In this document: positions 18,019 through 28,726 of the stretch, piece by piece | Numbering within the stretch: the first letter of the stretch is position 1 | Layout: each line of letters opens with the position of its first letter | Assembly (NCBI GenBank): GCA_003169895.1 | Contig: PNAE01000004.1 | Span: 297,186 to 361,185, forward strand | Direction: 5' to 3' | Source of the DNA: Gemmatimonadota bacterium | GTDB taxonomy: Bacteria > Gemmatimonadota > Gemmatimonadetes > Gemmatimonadales > GWC2-71-9 | DNA length: 64,000 nucleotides | The notes under the pieces: model-generated | Databases searched by the model: none | What the model was told of the DNA's origin: nothing | Seen by the model: the letters and a program-made list of their open reading frames with translations, nothing else | Translations under genes and position numbers: made by a program

Positions 18019-21000
18019 ATGCTCCGACCGGGTGTCCGCACTTTCGCGTCGTTGCTGCTGCTCGGCGCCGCGATGCCGCTGTCCGCGCAGCTCCGCACCC
18101 CGCTCGATTCGGCGACGATGGCGGCGTTCCGCTGGCGCAACATCGGCCCGGCCAACACCATGGGGCGCGTCAGCGACGTGGTCGGGATTCCGTCACCCTC
18201 GCGCACGTTGTTCGTCGCGGCGGCGGGCGGCGGCATCTGGAAATCGACCAACGGCGGGGTGACCTTCCGGCCAGTGTTCGAGCACGAGCGCGTGGTGTCG
18301 ATGGGCATGCTGGCCATCGCGCCGAGCGACACGATGCAGGTCTGGGCAGGTACCGGCGAACCGAACGTGCGCAACTCGATTTCCCCCGGTGGCGGGATCT
18401 ACAAGTCGACCGACGGCGGCATCACCTGGAAGCTGATGGGTTTGCAGAAGACCCAGACGATCGGCCGCATCGTCGTGCATCCAACCGATCCGAACATCGT
18501 CTGGGTCGCCGCCTCTGGCGCGGCGTGGAACAACAATCCGGAGCGGGGGCTCTACAAGACGATCGATGGTGGCCAGACGTGGCGACTGGTGAAGTTCATC
18601 AGCGACAAGGCCGGTTTCATCGACGTCGCCATCGACCCCACCAACCCGAACACGCTCTTTGCATCCAGCTGGGAACGCAGCCGGGGGCCGTACTACCTCA
18701 AGAGCGGCGGGCCGGGCAGCGCGCTGTGGAAGAGCACCGACGGTGGCGAAACGTGGACCGAGATCAAGGGTGGCGGATTTCCGGAGACGACCAAGGGCCG
18801 CATCGGACTCGCAGTGGCCGGCAGCCAGGTGGTATACGCCCTGGTGGAGGCCGACTCGAACCCGAATCCCAAGGGGAAGTTCGGCGCGGCGCGTCCGCAG
18901 CAGCTCCTCAGCGGCTTGTACCGATCGGCGGATGGCGGCGCGACGTGGACTCGCACCGCGACTAACGACGTGCGACCATTCTACTACTCGCAAGTGCGCG
19001 TGGATCCCCGGAATCCCGATCGCGTCTACTGGTCGTCAACCCCGGTGAACTTCTCCGACGACGGCGGCAAGACGGTCAAGCAGACGACCGTGGGCGTTCA
19101 CGTTGACCACCATGCGATGTGGATCGACCCCAACGATCCCAACCGGATCGTCGTGGGTGACGACGGTGGCGTGAGCGAGACTTTCGACAAGGGCGGCAAC
19201 TGGCTGGTCCTCAATTCCATCGCCATTGGCCAGGTGTATGACGTGTCGTTCGACTACGCCATCCCGTACAATGTCTGCGGCGGCCTCCAGGACAACGGCG
19301 CCTGGTGCGGTCCCAGCCGGCGCAAGAATGGCGCGATTACGAGCTCGATGTGGTATACAATCACGGGCGGGGACGGCTTCTACACCGCGCAGGATCCCAC
19401 CGATCCGCACGTCGTCTACGGCGAGTCGCAGGGCGGCGGCATCGAGCGCGTCAACACCGCGACCGGTGAAAGCAGCGGATTGGCCAAGCCGAATGCCCGC
19501 GCCAGGATGGCCGCGTGGGAAGACACCATCGCGGTGCTGCAGGAAGACTCCGTCAAGGCCGCGACCTCCGCCGTCAAGAAGCGGATCGCCGAGATCCGCG
19601 CCGCGATCGCGACCGATTCAACCACCTTCGCGTTGCGGTGGAACTGGGAGACGCCGTTCTTCCTGTCGCCGCACAACTCGCGGGTGTTCTATGCCGGCAG
19701 CAGCCGCGTGATGAAGTCCGTCGACCGTGGGGACCGGATGTACCCGATTTCTCCCGACCTGACCTACAACGACAGCATGAAGGTCCGGGTGAGCACCCGC
19801 ACGACCGGCGGCATCACGGTCGACGCGACCGGCGCCGAGACGTTCGGCACCGTGGTCTCGCTGGCGGAATCGTACCTGCGCCCGGGCCTGTTGTATGCGG
19901 GCACGGACGACGGGCGCACCTGGCTGACGCGCAACGACGGTGGGACGTGGGAAGAACTCACCGGCCGCTTTCCCGGCGTGCCGGCGGGCACGTACGTCTC
20001 GCGAATTGAACCATCGCAGTCAGACACCAGTCGGTTCTACGTCGCGTTCGACAATCACCGCAACGGCGATTACGCGCCGTACCTGTTCGTGACCAACGAC
20101 TTCGGCCGCACGTTCCATTCGATCGTCGGCAACCTGCCCATCGGTGGGCCCGATTTCGTCCACGTGGTCCGCGAAGACCCGGCCAATGCCAACGTGCTGT
20201 TCGTCGGGACCGATGTGGGATGCTACATCTCGCTCGATCGCGGCGTGACCTGGCAGCGATTCATGAGTGGCCTGCCGACGGTACCGGTGTACGATCTGAA
20301 GATTCACCCGCGCGATCGCGAGTTGATTGCCGCGACGCATGGGCGGGCGATCTGGATCGTCGACATCAACGCGCTGTCGCAGTTGAACGACGGGAACGCG
20401 ACCGCGACTCTCGCCGTGTTCAAGCCCGGGCCGGCCTACGAGTATGGCGAGCCGCTCTTCGACGGTCAGTCGGTCGGTCAGGGCGTCGCGTTCCGCGGCA
20501 CCAGCGCACCGTACGGCGCGTCCCTCGAATATCGTATCACGGGTGCCGCCGGCCGCCGCGACTCCGCCCACATCGTGATTCAGGATGTGTCAGGCGACAC
20601 CGTGCGTACGCTGACCGGGCCCGCAACCAACGGCCTGCAGCGGGTGACCTGGGACTTCAGCCGCAATCCGGTGCCGCCGAATCGCGTGTTGTCGCCGGCG
20701 CAGCGGCGAGACAGCATCCAGGCCGCGCGCCGAACCGATCACGTCTTCGATTCGCTCAAGGCGGCTGGGACGGACACCGGTGCCTTGGCGCGGGTTCGCA
20801 AACTCATGGCGGAGCCGGCCGTGGGCCGCGGCGGGTTGGGCCGGGGCGGTGCGGGACGCGGCCGCGGTGGCATCGATCAATGGATGGAACGGCCAGGTGA
20901 AAGTGCCAACACTGGTGGCGGGCGTGGTGGCCGGGGAGGGGCGGCCGGCGCGGGCGTCGATTCTACGCTGATGGAAACCGTGACCCGGCTGACCCAGCCG

Positions 21001-21219
21001 CCGGCTGGCGGGGGCCGTGGCGGCGGCGGCGGCGGGTTCGGGGGCAGGCAGGGAGCGATCCCAAAGCCGGGCGACTATCTGGTCACCGTGCGCGTGGGTG
21101 ACGCGACGGCGAAGACCGTCCTTCGCGTCGAGCGCGCAAGCGGCGAGGGTACCAACGCAGGAGTGCAAGGCAACGATGACGATGCCCCGCCGCAAGCGAT
21201 ACGACCGCGCATATTTTGA
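18019..21219 (+). CDS. BNR/Asp-box repeat, sortilin (VPS10)-like exoprotein ('glycosyl hydrolase BNR repeat')
   Basis: Signal peptide MLRPGVRTFASLLLLGAAMPLSAQ. Repeated SxDxGxTW boxes (STDGGITW, TIDGGQTW, STDGGETW, SADGGATW, RNDGGTWE, SLDRGVTWQ). The C-terminal part is Gly/Arg-rich. Confidence 0.75.
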   Translation: MLRPGVRTFASLLLLGAAMPLSAQLRTPLDSATMAAFRWRNIGPANTMGRVSDVVGIPSPSRTLFVAAAGGGIWKSTNGGVTFRPVFEHERVVSMGMLAIAPSDTMQVWAGTGEPNVRNSISPGGGIYKSTDGGITWKLMGLQKTQTIGRIVVHPTDPNIVWVAASGAAWNNNPERGLYKTIDGGQTWRLVKFISDKAGFIDVAIDPTNPNTLFASSWERSRGPYYLKSGGPGSALWKSTDGGETWTEIKGGGFPETTKGRIGLAVAGSQVVYALVEADSNPNPKGKFGAARPQQLLSGLYRSADGGATWTRTATNDVRPFYYSQVRVDPRNPDRVYWSSTPVNFSDDGGKTVKQTTVGVHVDHHAMWIDPNDPNRIVVGDDGGVSETFDKGGNWLVLNSIAIGQVYDVSFDYAIPYNVCGGLQDNGAWCGPSRRKNGAITSSMWYTITGGDGFYTAQDPTDPHVVYGESQGGGIERVNTATGESSGLAKPNARARMAAWEDTIAVLQEDSVKAATSAVKKRIAEIRAAIATDSTTFALRWNWETPFFLSPHNSRVFYAGSSRVMKSVDRGDRMYPISPDLTYNDSMKVRVSTRTTGGITVDATGAETFGTVVSLAESYLRPGLLYAGTDDGRTWLTRNDGGTWEELTGRFPGVPAGTYVSRIEPSQSDTSRFYVAFDNHRNGDYAPYLFVTNDFGRTFHSIVGNLPIGGPDFVHVVREDPANANVLFVGTDVGCYISLDRGVTWQRFMSGLPTVPVYDLKIHPRDRELIAATHGRAIWIVDINALSQLNDGNATATLAVFKPGPAYEYGEPLFDGQSVGQGVAFRGTSAPYGASLEYRITGAAGRRDSAHIVIQDVSGDTVRTLTGPATNGLQRVTWDFSRNPVPPNRVLSPAQRRDSIQAARRTDHVFDSLKAAGTDTGALARVRKLMAEPAVGRGGLGRGGAGRGRGGIDQWMERPGESANTGGGRGGRGGAAGAGVDSTLMETVTRLTQPPAGGGRGGGGGGFGGRQGAIPKPGDYLVTVRVGDATAKTVLRVERASGEGTNAGVQGNDDDAPPQAIRPRIF

Positions 21220-21784
21220 CAAATGGTACCGCGACCGGCGCATTGGGTCTCCCGCCGACCTGGCGCGCACGGTCGCGCTCGCCGTTGCGGTCACCGAACA
21301 GGTCCTCGCGCGCCCGCTGCGTTCGGTGCTGGACGTGGGAGCGGGCGAAGCTCGTTGGCAGCCGGTCCTTCGCCGGCTGCGCCCAACGGTGCGTTACGCC
21401 GGCGTCGATGCCAGCGCCTGGGCCGTCGCCCGCTGGGGGCGGCTGCGCAACCTGCGCCTCGGCGCCATTGATGCACTCGATCAACTCGGCCTCGACGGTC
21501 CATTTGATCTGATCGTCGCCGCCGATGTGCTGCACTACCTGTCCGGGTCCGTCCTGCACCGGGGCATCGATCAGATTGTTGCCCTTCTGGGCGGCGTGGC
21601 GTTCCTCCCGACGTTTACGGCGCAGGACGAGATCGAAGGGGACCGTGCCGAGTTCCAGCGCCGCACCGCGACGACGTATCGTCGGGTGTTCGCGAAGGCC
21701 GGCTTGATTCCCCTTGGCATGCATGCCTGGACGCTCCGGGCGCGAAGGCAGGAATTCGCCGATCTGGAACTCCCGTCGGACTGA
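21176..21784 (+). CDS. class I SAM-dependent methyltransferase
   Basis: Motif I VLDVGAGEARW and post-I region. The start at ATG 21176 (or 21182) overlaps the upstream gene end by ~40 nt. Confidence 0.7.
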   Translation: MTMPRRKRYDRAYFDKWYRDRRIGSPADLARTVALAVAVTEQVLARPLRSVLDVGAGEARWQPVLRRLRPTVRYAGVDASAWAVARWGRLRNLRLGAIDALDQLGLDGPFDLIVAADVLHYLSGSVLHRGIDQIVALLGGVAFLPTFTAQDEIEGDRAEFQRRTATTYRRVFAKAGLIPLGMHAWTLRARRQEFADLELPSD

Positions 21785-21807
21785 ACGCCAGCTTACCTTG
21801 AGTCCCG

Positions 21808-22353
21808 ATGCCATCACGGACTCGCCTTCTCGACGCCCCAGCCATGGGGCGCGTGCTTGTGCGCATGGCATCGGAGTTGGTCGAGCAGACGGCAGCTGGT
21901 GGTCCGGTCGTGCTCGTGGGCATCCAGCGCCGTGGCGTCCAGCTGGCTGACCGGCTCGCCCCGTTGATCGAATCCCGGCTCAATGCGCCGCTCAAGCGTG
22001 GCACCCTCGACATCACGCTGTATCGCGACGATCTCCAGGCCATCGGACCGCGGCCCGAGGTACGCGAAACGCGGCTGCCTCCCGATCTCAATGGCGCGAC
22101 CGTGGTGATCGTGGACGACGTGCTGTTCACCGGCCGCACCATCCGTGCGGCGCTGGACGAGATCGCCGACTTCGGGCGGCCCCGCCGGGTACTGCTCGCC
22201 GTGCTCGTCGATCGCGGCGGCCGCGAGCTGCCCATTGCAGCCGATATCACCGGACTCGCGGTGGCCAGCGCGGCCGGCGACCACGTCGCGGTGCTCGTCA
22301 GCGAACTCGATGGCGAAGACGCCGTCGACCTCGTGCGCGGAGCGGCCCCATGA
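21808..22353 (+). CDS. pyrR: bifunctional pyr operon regulator / uracil phosphoribosyltransferase PyrR
   Basis: 181 aa. [25 protein letters not shown] and the PRPP motif [18 protein letters not shown]. Confidence 0.9.
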   Translation: MPSRTRLLDAPAMGRVLVRMASELVEQTAAGGPVVLVGIQRRGVQLADRLAPLIESRLNAPLKRGTLDITLYRDDLQAIGPRPEVRETRLPPDLNGATVVIVDDVLFTGRTIRAALDEIADFGRPRRVLLAVLVDRGGRELPIAADITGLAVASAAGDHVAVLVSELDGEDAVDLVRGAAP

Positions 22354-23306
22354 ACGCCGCGGATCTCGGCAAGGACCTGGTCGGACTGGAGCCGCTCTCC
22401 GCCGCGCAGATCACCGCCATTCTCGATACCGCTGAGCCGTTCAAGGAGGTGTCGGAACGACCGATCAAAAAGGTTCCGGCGTTGCGCGGCAAGACGATCG
22501 TCAACCTGTTCTTCGAACCCTCGACACGCACGCGTATCTCGTTCGAATTTGCCGAGAAGCGTCTCTCGGCGGACACCGTCAACGTGCAGGCCGCGGGCTC
22601 CTCGGTGTCCAAGGGCGAGACGTTGGTCGACACAGCGCGCAACCTTGAAGCGATGCGCATCGACATGGTCGTGATCCGGCACGGGTCCAGTGGCGCGGCA
22701 CAATTCCTTGGCCAGCGGATCCGGTCCAACGTGATCAACGCCGGCGATGGCACCCACGAGCATCCCACCCAGGGATTGCTCGACCTGCTCACCCTGCGCG
22801 ACCGGTTCGGCAAGATCGCCGGCCTCAAGGTGTGCATCGTCGGCGACGTGCTGCACTCGCGCGTGGCGCGGAGCAACATCTGGGGCCTCACCAAACTCGG
22901 CGCGGAGGTGGCCGTCTGCGGGCCGTCGACCCTGTTGCCGAGCCACGTCGCCGACCTGGGCGTCACGGTGTTCGGTCGCGTCGAGGAAGCCATCCAATGG
23001 GCTGACGCCTTGAACGTGCTTCGGCTGCAGCTGGAACGGATGACGGCCGGGTTCATCCCGTCGCTGCGCGAATACAATCGCGTGTTCGGTGTCACCAGCG
23101 AGCGGTTGTCACGCGCGCCGAAGGACCTGCTCATCCTCCATCCGGGACCGATGAACCGCGGCGTGGAAATCGACTCCGATGTCGCCGACGGCCCGCACTC
23201 GGTCATCCTGCCACAGGTGACGAACGGCGTCGCCGTGCGCATGGCAGTCCTGTACCTGCTGGCCGGTGGCTCACCGGACTGGGCCAACGCCGGCGGCGAG
23301 GCATGA
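22350..23306 (+). CDS. pyrB: aspartate carbamoyltransferase catalytic subunit
   Basis: [23 protein letters not shown] and [11 protein letters not shown] motifs. ATGA overlap with pyrR. Confidence 0.93.
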   Translation: MNAADLGKDLVGLEPLSAAQITAILDTAEPFKEVSERPIKKVPALRGKTIVNLFFEPSTRTRISFEFAEKRLSADTVNVQAAGSSVSKGETLVDTARNLEAMRIDMVVIRHGSSGAAQFLGQRIRSNVINAGDGTHEHPTQGLLDLLTLRDRFGKIAGLKVCIVGDVLHSRVARSNIWGLTKLGAEVAVCGPSTLLPSHVADLGVTVFGRVEEAIQWADALNVLRLQLERMTAGFIPSLREYNRVFGVTSERLSRAPKDLLILHPGPMNRGVEIDSDVADGPHSVILPQVTNGVAVRMAVLYLLAGGSPDWANAGGEA

Positions 23307-24643
23307 AGCCGATCCTGTTCACCAACGGCCGGGTGGTGGATCCGTCGCAGCACCTCGATGAGGTCACCTCATTGCTGGTACAGGATGGCCGGGTGGCCGG
23401 CATCGGTCTGGATGTGCGCGCACCGGACGGCGCAGACGTGTTCGATGCCACCGGTCTCGTGATTGGTCCGGGACTGGTCGACGTCCACGTCCACCTGCGG
23501 GAGCCGGGGCAGGAGGATCGGGAAACGATCGCGACCGGGGCGATGTCGGCCGTGGCCGGCGGTTTTACTGCCATCTGCGCCATGCCCAACACCGATCCGG
23601 TGATCGACAACCAAGGCGCGGTGGGCTTCGTCAAGGCAAAGGGCGAAGCCGCCGGGCTCGCCCGCGTCTACCCGATCGGGTGCGTGTCAGTGGGGCAGCG
23701 AGGCGAGCGCCTGGCGGAGTTCGGCGAGATGGCCGCCGCTGGTGCGGTCGCTGTCAGCGATGATGGGCAGCCCGTCATGTCGAGTCACCTCATGCGCACC
23801 GCACTCGAATATGCGCGGACGTTCGGGATTCCCGTGGCCGATCACTGCGAGGACCTGCCGCTTGCCGCCGGTGGCGCCATGCACGAAGGCATCGTGTCCA
23901 CGCGTCTCGGCCTCAAGGGTATCCCGGCGGCGGCCGAGGAGATTCACGTCGCCCGTGACATCATCCTGGCCGGGCTGACCGGCGGGCACGTGCATCTCTG
24001 TCACATGAGCACGCGCGGGTCGGTCGAACTGATCCGCCGCGCCAAGGACCAGGGCCTTCGCGTGACGGCCGAAGCGGCGCCGCACCATTTCACGCTGACC
24101 CACGAACGCTGCGAAGGCTACGACACCAGCGCGAAGATGAATCCACCCTTGCGCGAGGCGGAAGACCGCGACGCAATTCGTGCGGCCCTGGCCGATGGCA
24201 CGCTCGATTGCATCGCGACGGATCACGCTCCGCATCACTACGACGCCAAGGAACGGGAGTTCGACGATGCACCCAACGGCATCATCGGCTTGGAAACTGC
24301 GTTGTCGCTCGCATTGCGCGAGCTGGTCTTGAGCGGGCGCATGACGCTGCCGACACTGTTCGAGAGGATGAGCTGCGCACCGGCGCGATTGTGGCACCTC
24401 GCCGGTGGCACCTTGCGGCGCGGTAGCGTGGCGGACCTCGTGGTCTTCGATCCCGGTGCCGAGTGGACAGTCGACCCGTCACGCCTGCGGTCAAAATCGC
24501 GCAACACGCCCTGGGCCGGCGAGACACTTCCCGGAGTGGTGCATGCGACCTTCGTCGGCGGGCGGCCCGTGTTTGTACGGAGCGAGCCGGGATCGCGCAA
24601 AGCGCACCGGCGGCCGCGACCGCACCCACCCGCCACCGGATAG
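23303..24643 (+). CDS. pyrC: dihydroorotase (multifunctional-complex type)
   Basis: [25 protein letters not shown] and ATDHAPH motifs. ATGA overlap with pyrB. Confidence 0.9.
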   Translation: MKPILFTNGRVVDPSQHLDEVTSLLVQDGRVAGIGLDVRAPDGADVFDATGLVIGPGLVDVHVHLREPGQEDRETIATGAMSAVAGGFTAICAMPNTDPVIDNQGAVGFVKAKGEAAGLARVYPIGCVSVGQRGERLAEFGEMAAAGAVAVSDDGQPVMSSHLMRTALEYARTFGIPVADHCEDLPLAAGGAMHEGIVSTRLGLKGIPAAAEEIHVARDIILAGLTGGHVHLCHMSTRGSVELIRRAKDQGLRVTAEAAPHHFTLTHERCEGYDTSAKMNPPLREAEDRDAIRAALADGTLDCIATDHAPHHYDAKEREFDDAPNGIIGLETALSLALRELVLSGRMTLPTLFERMSCAPARLWHLAGGTLRRGSVADLVVFDPGAEWTVDPSRLRSKSRNTPWAGETLPGVVHATFVGGRPVFVRSEPGSRKAHRRPRPHPPATG

Positions 24644-24744
24644 TCGGGCCCGGGTACCTCACGACCGCGATCGCGCCCGAGTAAATTGCACCGGTTCAGT
24701 GTTCCGAATCCGACTCCACGCCCATCACCGCCCGAGCCTTCTCG

Positions 24745-25779
24745 ATGACCGAATCGCCAGAGGAACGTGCCGCCGTTGAGCAGCTGCTCGCCGAGAGTGA
24801 CGCGTTGCGTGGCTGGCTTGCTCGCCTGGATGCGGCGCCGGTGGCGGCCCCGGACGCCGTGCGCGATCGGGTGCGCCGCGACTATCAGAAGCGGCTGGAT
24901 CAGATCACGGCCGGCCTGCGGGCTCACGGTGACGTCATTGGCGCCAAGCTCCGCGACGACCGGCGCGAGCACGGCGACCTCCTGGAGCGGGCCACCGCCG
25001 CGCGTGAATCGCTGGCCGAGGCCGAACTGCGGCACGCGGTCGGCGAATATGACCGCGAGCGTTATGAAAGCGAGCGGACCCGGCACACCAGCGACATCGA
25101 GACCTATGATCTCGGCCTCGCGGCGGCGGCCGAGCGGATTGCCCGACTGGACGAGGTGTTCGCGCTGGTCGAAGGTACACCGCGATCGCCGGCCGTCGAC
25201 GCCTTCCCGGCGCCAGTCGACGAAGCCGTCGTGCCTGAGGTGCACGTCATCAGCGAGGTGGACGCCGAGCTGATCGCGATCGCCGATCTCGCACCCGACG
25301 CCGATCCGGAAGACGTCCTCGCAATCTTCGATGAGCCCGAGACCGGCGGTGGCCGCAAGGCCGCGGCCGCCGACACCGGCCCGCTTTCATTTCGCCCCAG
25401 CGGCGCGGCCAATGACAGCCTGCGCCCGCCGCCGGCGCCGCCGGCGCCGCCAGCGCGACCGCGACCATTCGACAATGCGCCACCCTTGGGCATTCCGGCA
25501 GCGGATGTCCCGCCCCGGTTTGTTCGGCCCGGTGAGCGGATCCGACCGAGTCCGGGGCCGCCCGCGGCGCCCCCGGCGATCACCATGCCGGCGATTGTGG
25601 AGGCTGCCTCGGAGCCTGGCGTCGAATTGTTCGCCGAAGAGATCATCGCGGCCGGACCCGCGCCCGAGCCGACGACCGTGCCAGTGGGTCGGACGCTCCG
25701 CTGCGGCGAGTGTGGCGCCATGAACCGTCCGCTCGAGTGGTACTGTGAAAAGTGTGGAGCGGAACTGACCACGGTCTAG
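24745..25779 (+). CDS. hypothetical protein: N-terminal coiled coil, Pro-rich linker, C-terminal zinc ribbon
   Basis: 344 aa. Charged heptad-like N-terminal half, a PPAPPAPPARP-type low-complexity region, and the terminal CGECGAMNRPLEWYCEKCG (CxxC-N10-CxxC). Confidence 0.6.
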   Translation: MTESPEERAAVEQLLAESDALRGWLARLDAAPVAAPDAVRDRVRRDYQKRLDQITAGLRAHGDVIGAKLRDDRREHGDLLERATAARESLAEAELRHAVGEYDRERYESERTRHTSDIETYDLGLAAAAERIARLDEVFALVEGTPRSPAVDAFPAPVDEAVVPEVHVISEVDAELIAIADLAPDADPEDVLAIFDEPETGGGRKAAAADTGPLSFRPSGAANDSLRPPPAPPAPPARPRPFDNAPPLGIPAADVPPRFVRPGERIRPSPGPPAAPPAITMPAIVEAASEPGVELFAEEIIAAGPAPEPTTVPVGRTLRCGECGAMNRPLEWYCEKCGAELTTV

Positions 25780-25781
25780 CC

Positions 25782-26858
25782 GTGGCTCGCCGCTTCGGGG
25801 CCCTCGTCGCCGTGCTCGTCGCAGGGCTCCCGGGCACCCTGGTCGGCCAGACGGTCCGCGGCCACGTGCTCGATCCCAGCCACGCACCGATCGTCGGTGC
25901 CCTCGTCGAACTCCGCGATCTCGGCGGCAAGCCGCTGCAGACCATGCTGACCTCACCGAGCGGCGCATTTCAGCTCAGCGTACCGGCGCCCGGTCGCTAC
26001 GTTTATCGCGTCGCCGCGATCGGCTATCAGCCGCGACTTGCTGCAGCGGTCGACGTGCCCGCGGCCGGTGTGGTGCTGCCGGATATCGTGCTCGACCGGC
26101 TGGTGGTGCGGCTCCCGGACCTGGTGGCGGCGGGGCGGGGGCGCTATTGCGGCACGAGCGGCCTGACGGAAGGCGCCTTCGCCCGCCTGCTCGAAGGCGC
26201 GCACACCGCGCTGCAGATTATCGAGACCGCCGTCAACACCCATCGGGTCGGCTTCCAGGTCACGATCATCAGTACGCGAACCGTCTATGGCGCAATCAAC
26301 AACTTCGAAGTGGCCGACACTACGGTCGAGCCTCTCACCAGCTGGCCAGTGCAGAGCATCGATCCCGACACCCTGCACGTCGTGGGATTCAGCCGGCTGC
26401 TGGAGCCGGGCAACGAGAGTACCCGGTGGTACTATGGCCCCGACCCGCGGGTCCTGTTCTCGGGATGGTTTCTCGAGACGCATTGCTTCACGTTGGACAA
26501 GCCCAACCGGAAACGGGCCACCGATACCTTGCACCTTCGGTTTGCGCCGGCGCGAAAATCCGCGCTGGTCGACGTCGGCGGCGAACTGGTGCTCGACGCG
26601 CACGACCTTTCCTTGCTCGAGTTCTCCTTCGAGTTGAAGAATCTTCCGAACTGGATGCCGGAGGGTGCCGCCGGTGGCGACATGCAGTTCTCCCGGCTCG
26701 GTTCTGGTTTGTGGATTACGAAGAGCTGGGCGATGTGGGCGCCTCGGGGCGGCGTCTCACCTTATAACCGCCGGATCAGCGTGGCGGGGCAGGTGGAAAC
26801 CCACGGTTGGGTGACCAAGGTGCTCGGCGGTGACGCGACCGCGCCACCGCCGAACTAG
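25782..26858 (+). CDS. carboxypeptidase regulatory-like domain-containing secreted protein
   Basis: Leader VARRFGALVAVLVAGLPGTLVGQ followed by 'VRGHVLDPSHAPIVGALVELRDLGGKPL...SPSGAFQLSVPAPGRYVYRVAAIGY', typical of CarboxypepD_reg. GTG 25782 lies 2 nt after the upstream stop. Confidence 0.6.
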   Translation: MARRFGALVAVLVAGLPGTLVGQTVRGHVLDPSHAPIVGALVELRDLGGKPLQTMLTSPSGAFQLSVPAPGRYVYRVAAIGYQPRLAAAVDVPAAGVVLPDIVLDRLVVRLPDLVAAGRGRYCGTSGLTEGAFARLLEGAHTALQIIETAVNTHRVGFQVTIISTRTVYGAINNFEVADTTVEPLTSWPVQSIDPDTLHVVGFSRLLEPGNESTRWYYGPDPRVLFSGWFLETHCFTLDKPNRKRATDTLHLRFAPARKSALVDVGGELVLDAHDLSLLEFSFELKNLPNWMPEGAAGGDMQFSRLGSGLWITKSWAMWAPRGGVSPYNRRISVAGQVETHGWVTKVLGGDATAPPPN

Positions 26859-26871
26859 GACCGCGCCCGGG

Positions 26872-27126
26872 TTACTTCTTGGTGCTGGCCAGCTTCGCGA
26901 GGCGACTCTTGGTGCGCGCCGCGGTGTTGCGGTGCACGATGTTCTTGCGGCCGGCGCGATCGATCATCGCTTCGGCTGCCTTCATTGCCGCCGCCGCTTC
27001 TGCCGCCGACCCGGCGGTGCGAACCTTCTTGATGACGGTGCGCAGTTCGCTGCGTGCCGCCTTGTTGCGGGCGGTACGGGTCTTGGTCTGGCGCATGCGC
27101 TTCTTGGCGGACTTGATGCGGGGCAC
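26872..27126 (-). CDS. rpsT: 30S ribosomal protein S20
   Basis: VPRIKSAKKRMRQTKTRTARNKAARSELRT... GTG 27126 is preceded by GAGGA with a 6-nt spacer. Confidence 0.92.
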   Translation of the reverse strand: MPRIKSAKKRMRQTKTRTARNKAARSELRTVIKKVRTAGSAAEAAAAMKAAEAMIDRAGRKNIVHRNTAARTKSRLAKLASTKK

Positions 27127-27224
27127 GTGGCGTCCTCGTAGTGGGTTCTCGATGCAGCCAAGAAGCATAGCGACCGGGCATTGCCGATGGAAGCGCGCCG
27201 AGCCGGCCACGCGGCCGTTGGGCT

Positions 27225-27971
27225 GTGGCCGTCAAGAGACTACTTTCTCCCTCCATTGATCGCCCCGGAGCCGTCCTGCTCGAAGATTTCCTCCTCGCCC
27301 TGCCAATGCTGCTGTTCGCGCTCGTGGCGCACGAGTTCGCCCACGGCTGGGCGGCCTATCAGCAAGGCGACGATACCGCCTACAAATTGGGGCGGCTGAC
27401 GCTGAATCCCATTCCGCACATCGATCCGATCTACACGATCGCGATGCCGGTGTTCCTGTGGTTCATGAGTCACGGTGCGTTCACCTTCGGCGGCGCGCGG
27501 CCGGTCCCGGTCGTCACGCGCAACTTCCGCAATTTCCGCCGCGGCGACCTGATCGTGTCGAGCGCGGGGGTGGTCACGAACTTCATGCTGGCGCTCGCGT
27601 GCGCCGCCGTGTTCGCCATCGCAGGCGAGGTGAACATCCTCATCGGCCGGGTCGGCGCGCCCACGGTTGACACCTTGCAGCGCATGCTGGTCTGGGGCAT
27701 TCAGCTCAATCTGATCCTCGGGGTGTTCAACCTGATCCCGATTCCGCCGCTCGACGGCTCGCGGATTCTGTATCACTTCCTGCCCCCGGCGATGGGAGCG
27801 CAGTACCGGTCGTTGGATCGCTTCGGTTTCCTGCTGGTCCTCGCATTGCTCTACTTCTTCCGGGGTGCCGTGGCAGTGCTGATGTTTCCTGCGTCATGGG
27901 CACTGAGCCACTTGCTTGAACTGGTGCTGCCCTTCGCGGCAGGCAACGGGTGGAACATCTTTCAGCGATGA
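27225..27971 (+). CDS. site-2 protease family (M50) membrane metalloprotease
   Basis: HEFAHGW zinc motif and NLIPIPPLDGSRIL motif. Multi-TM. Confidence 0.82.
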   Translation: MAVKRLLSPSIDRPGAVLLEDFLLALPMLLFALVAHEFAHGWAAYQQGDDTAYKLGRLTLNPIPHIDPIYTIAMPVFLWFMSHGAFTFGGARPVPVVTRNFRNFRRGDLIVSSAGVVTNFMLALACAAVFAIAGEVNILIGRVGAPTVDTLQRMLVWGIQLNLILGVFNLIPIPPLDGSRILYHFLPPAMGAQYRSLDRFGFLLVLALLYFFRGAVAVLMFPASWALSHLLELVLPFAAGNGWNIFQR

Positions 27972-28726
27972 GCGCGGCACTGGAACCTGCCGCCGGGGAT
28001 CTGGCCGATGGCAGCGGCTTCGTCGTTGCCCTGGATGGATTCACCGGCCCGCTCGACCTGCTCCTCCATCTCGTCCGGGAAGAGCAGATCGACATCGCCG
28101 ACATCCCCGTGGCCCGGATCGCCGACCAGTTCCTCGCCGTGGTCCACGCCCTCGGCTTGAACCAGGCCGCCGACTATCTGGAAATGGCCGGGCGGCTCAT
28201 CCGGCTCAAGGTGCAGCTGTTGCTGCCCCGCTACGGCGACGATGACGAGTGGATCGATCCGCGGGCGGAACTGGTGCGGCGTCTGCTCGAATATCAGCAG
28301 ATTAAGGAGATCGCCCGCGAGCTGGCCCGCTTGGCGGAGCGTCGCGCCCTGCGGCATGGGCGCGGTTACCTTCCGGCCCCGCCCGACCTGCCGCCCGTGC
28401 CGCTGGTGGTGGACCTGATGGAGCTCTTGTTCGCTGTCGAGCGCGTGATTACGGCGATCCCGTCGCCGGTGCTACATCGGGTGATCACTCGCCCGCTCAA
28501 TGTGGAAGCGGCCGTGCGGCGGATCGAAGCGTTGCTGGTCGAGCGCGAGGAGTTCGACTGGCGGGCGATATTCGGAAACCAGCCGACCATCGTCGACGTC
28601 CTGTCGGCGTTGTTGGCACTGCTCGAGCTGGCGCGGCGCGGTGCCTGCCGCGTGCGCCAGAACACTCCTTTCTCCTCGTTGGTGGTCGCACGTGAGCTCG
28701 CTGAGCCCGCTCTCGCAACTGCTTGA
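27968..28726 (+). CDS. scpA: segregation and condensation protein A
   Basis: LDGFTGPLDLLLHLVREEQIDIADIPVARIADQFL. ATGA overlap with the upstream stop. Confidence 0.85.
   Translation: MSAALEPAAGDLADGSGFVVALDGFTGPLDLLLHLVREEQIDIADIPVARIADQFLAVVHALGLNQAADYLEMAGRLIRLKVQLLLPRYGDDDEWIDPRAELVRRLLEYQQIKEIARELARLAERRALRHGRGYLPAPPDLPPVPLVVDLMELLFAVERVITAIPSPVLHRVITRPLNVEAAVRRIEALLVEREEFDWRAIFGNQPTIVDVLSALLALLELARRGACRVRQNTPFSSLVVARELAEPALATA

Noticed and set aside
21785-21807. A PyrR-binding attenuator or anti-terminator RNA upstream of pyrR/pyrB.
   Set aside because: Only 23 nt separate the upstream stop from pyrR, and pyrR/pyrB overlap. I see no UCCAGAGAGG-like binding loop or terminator hairpin.
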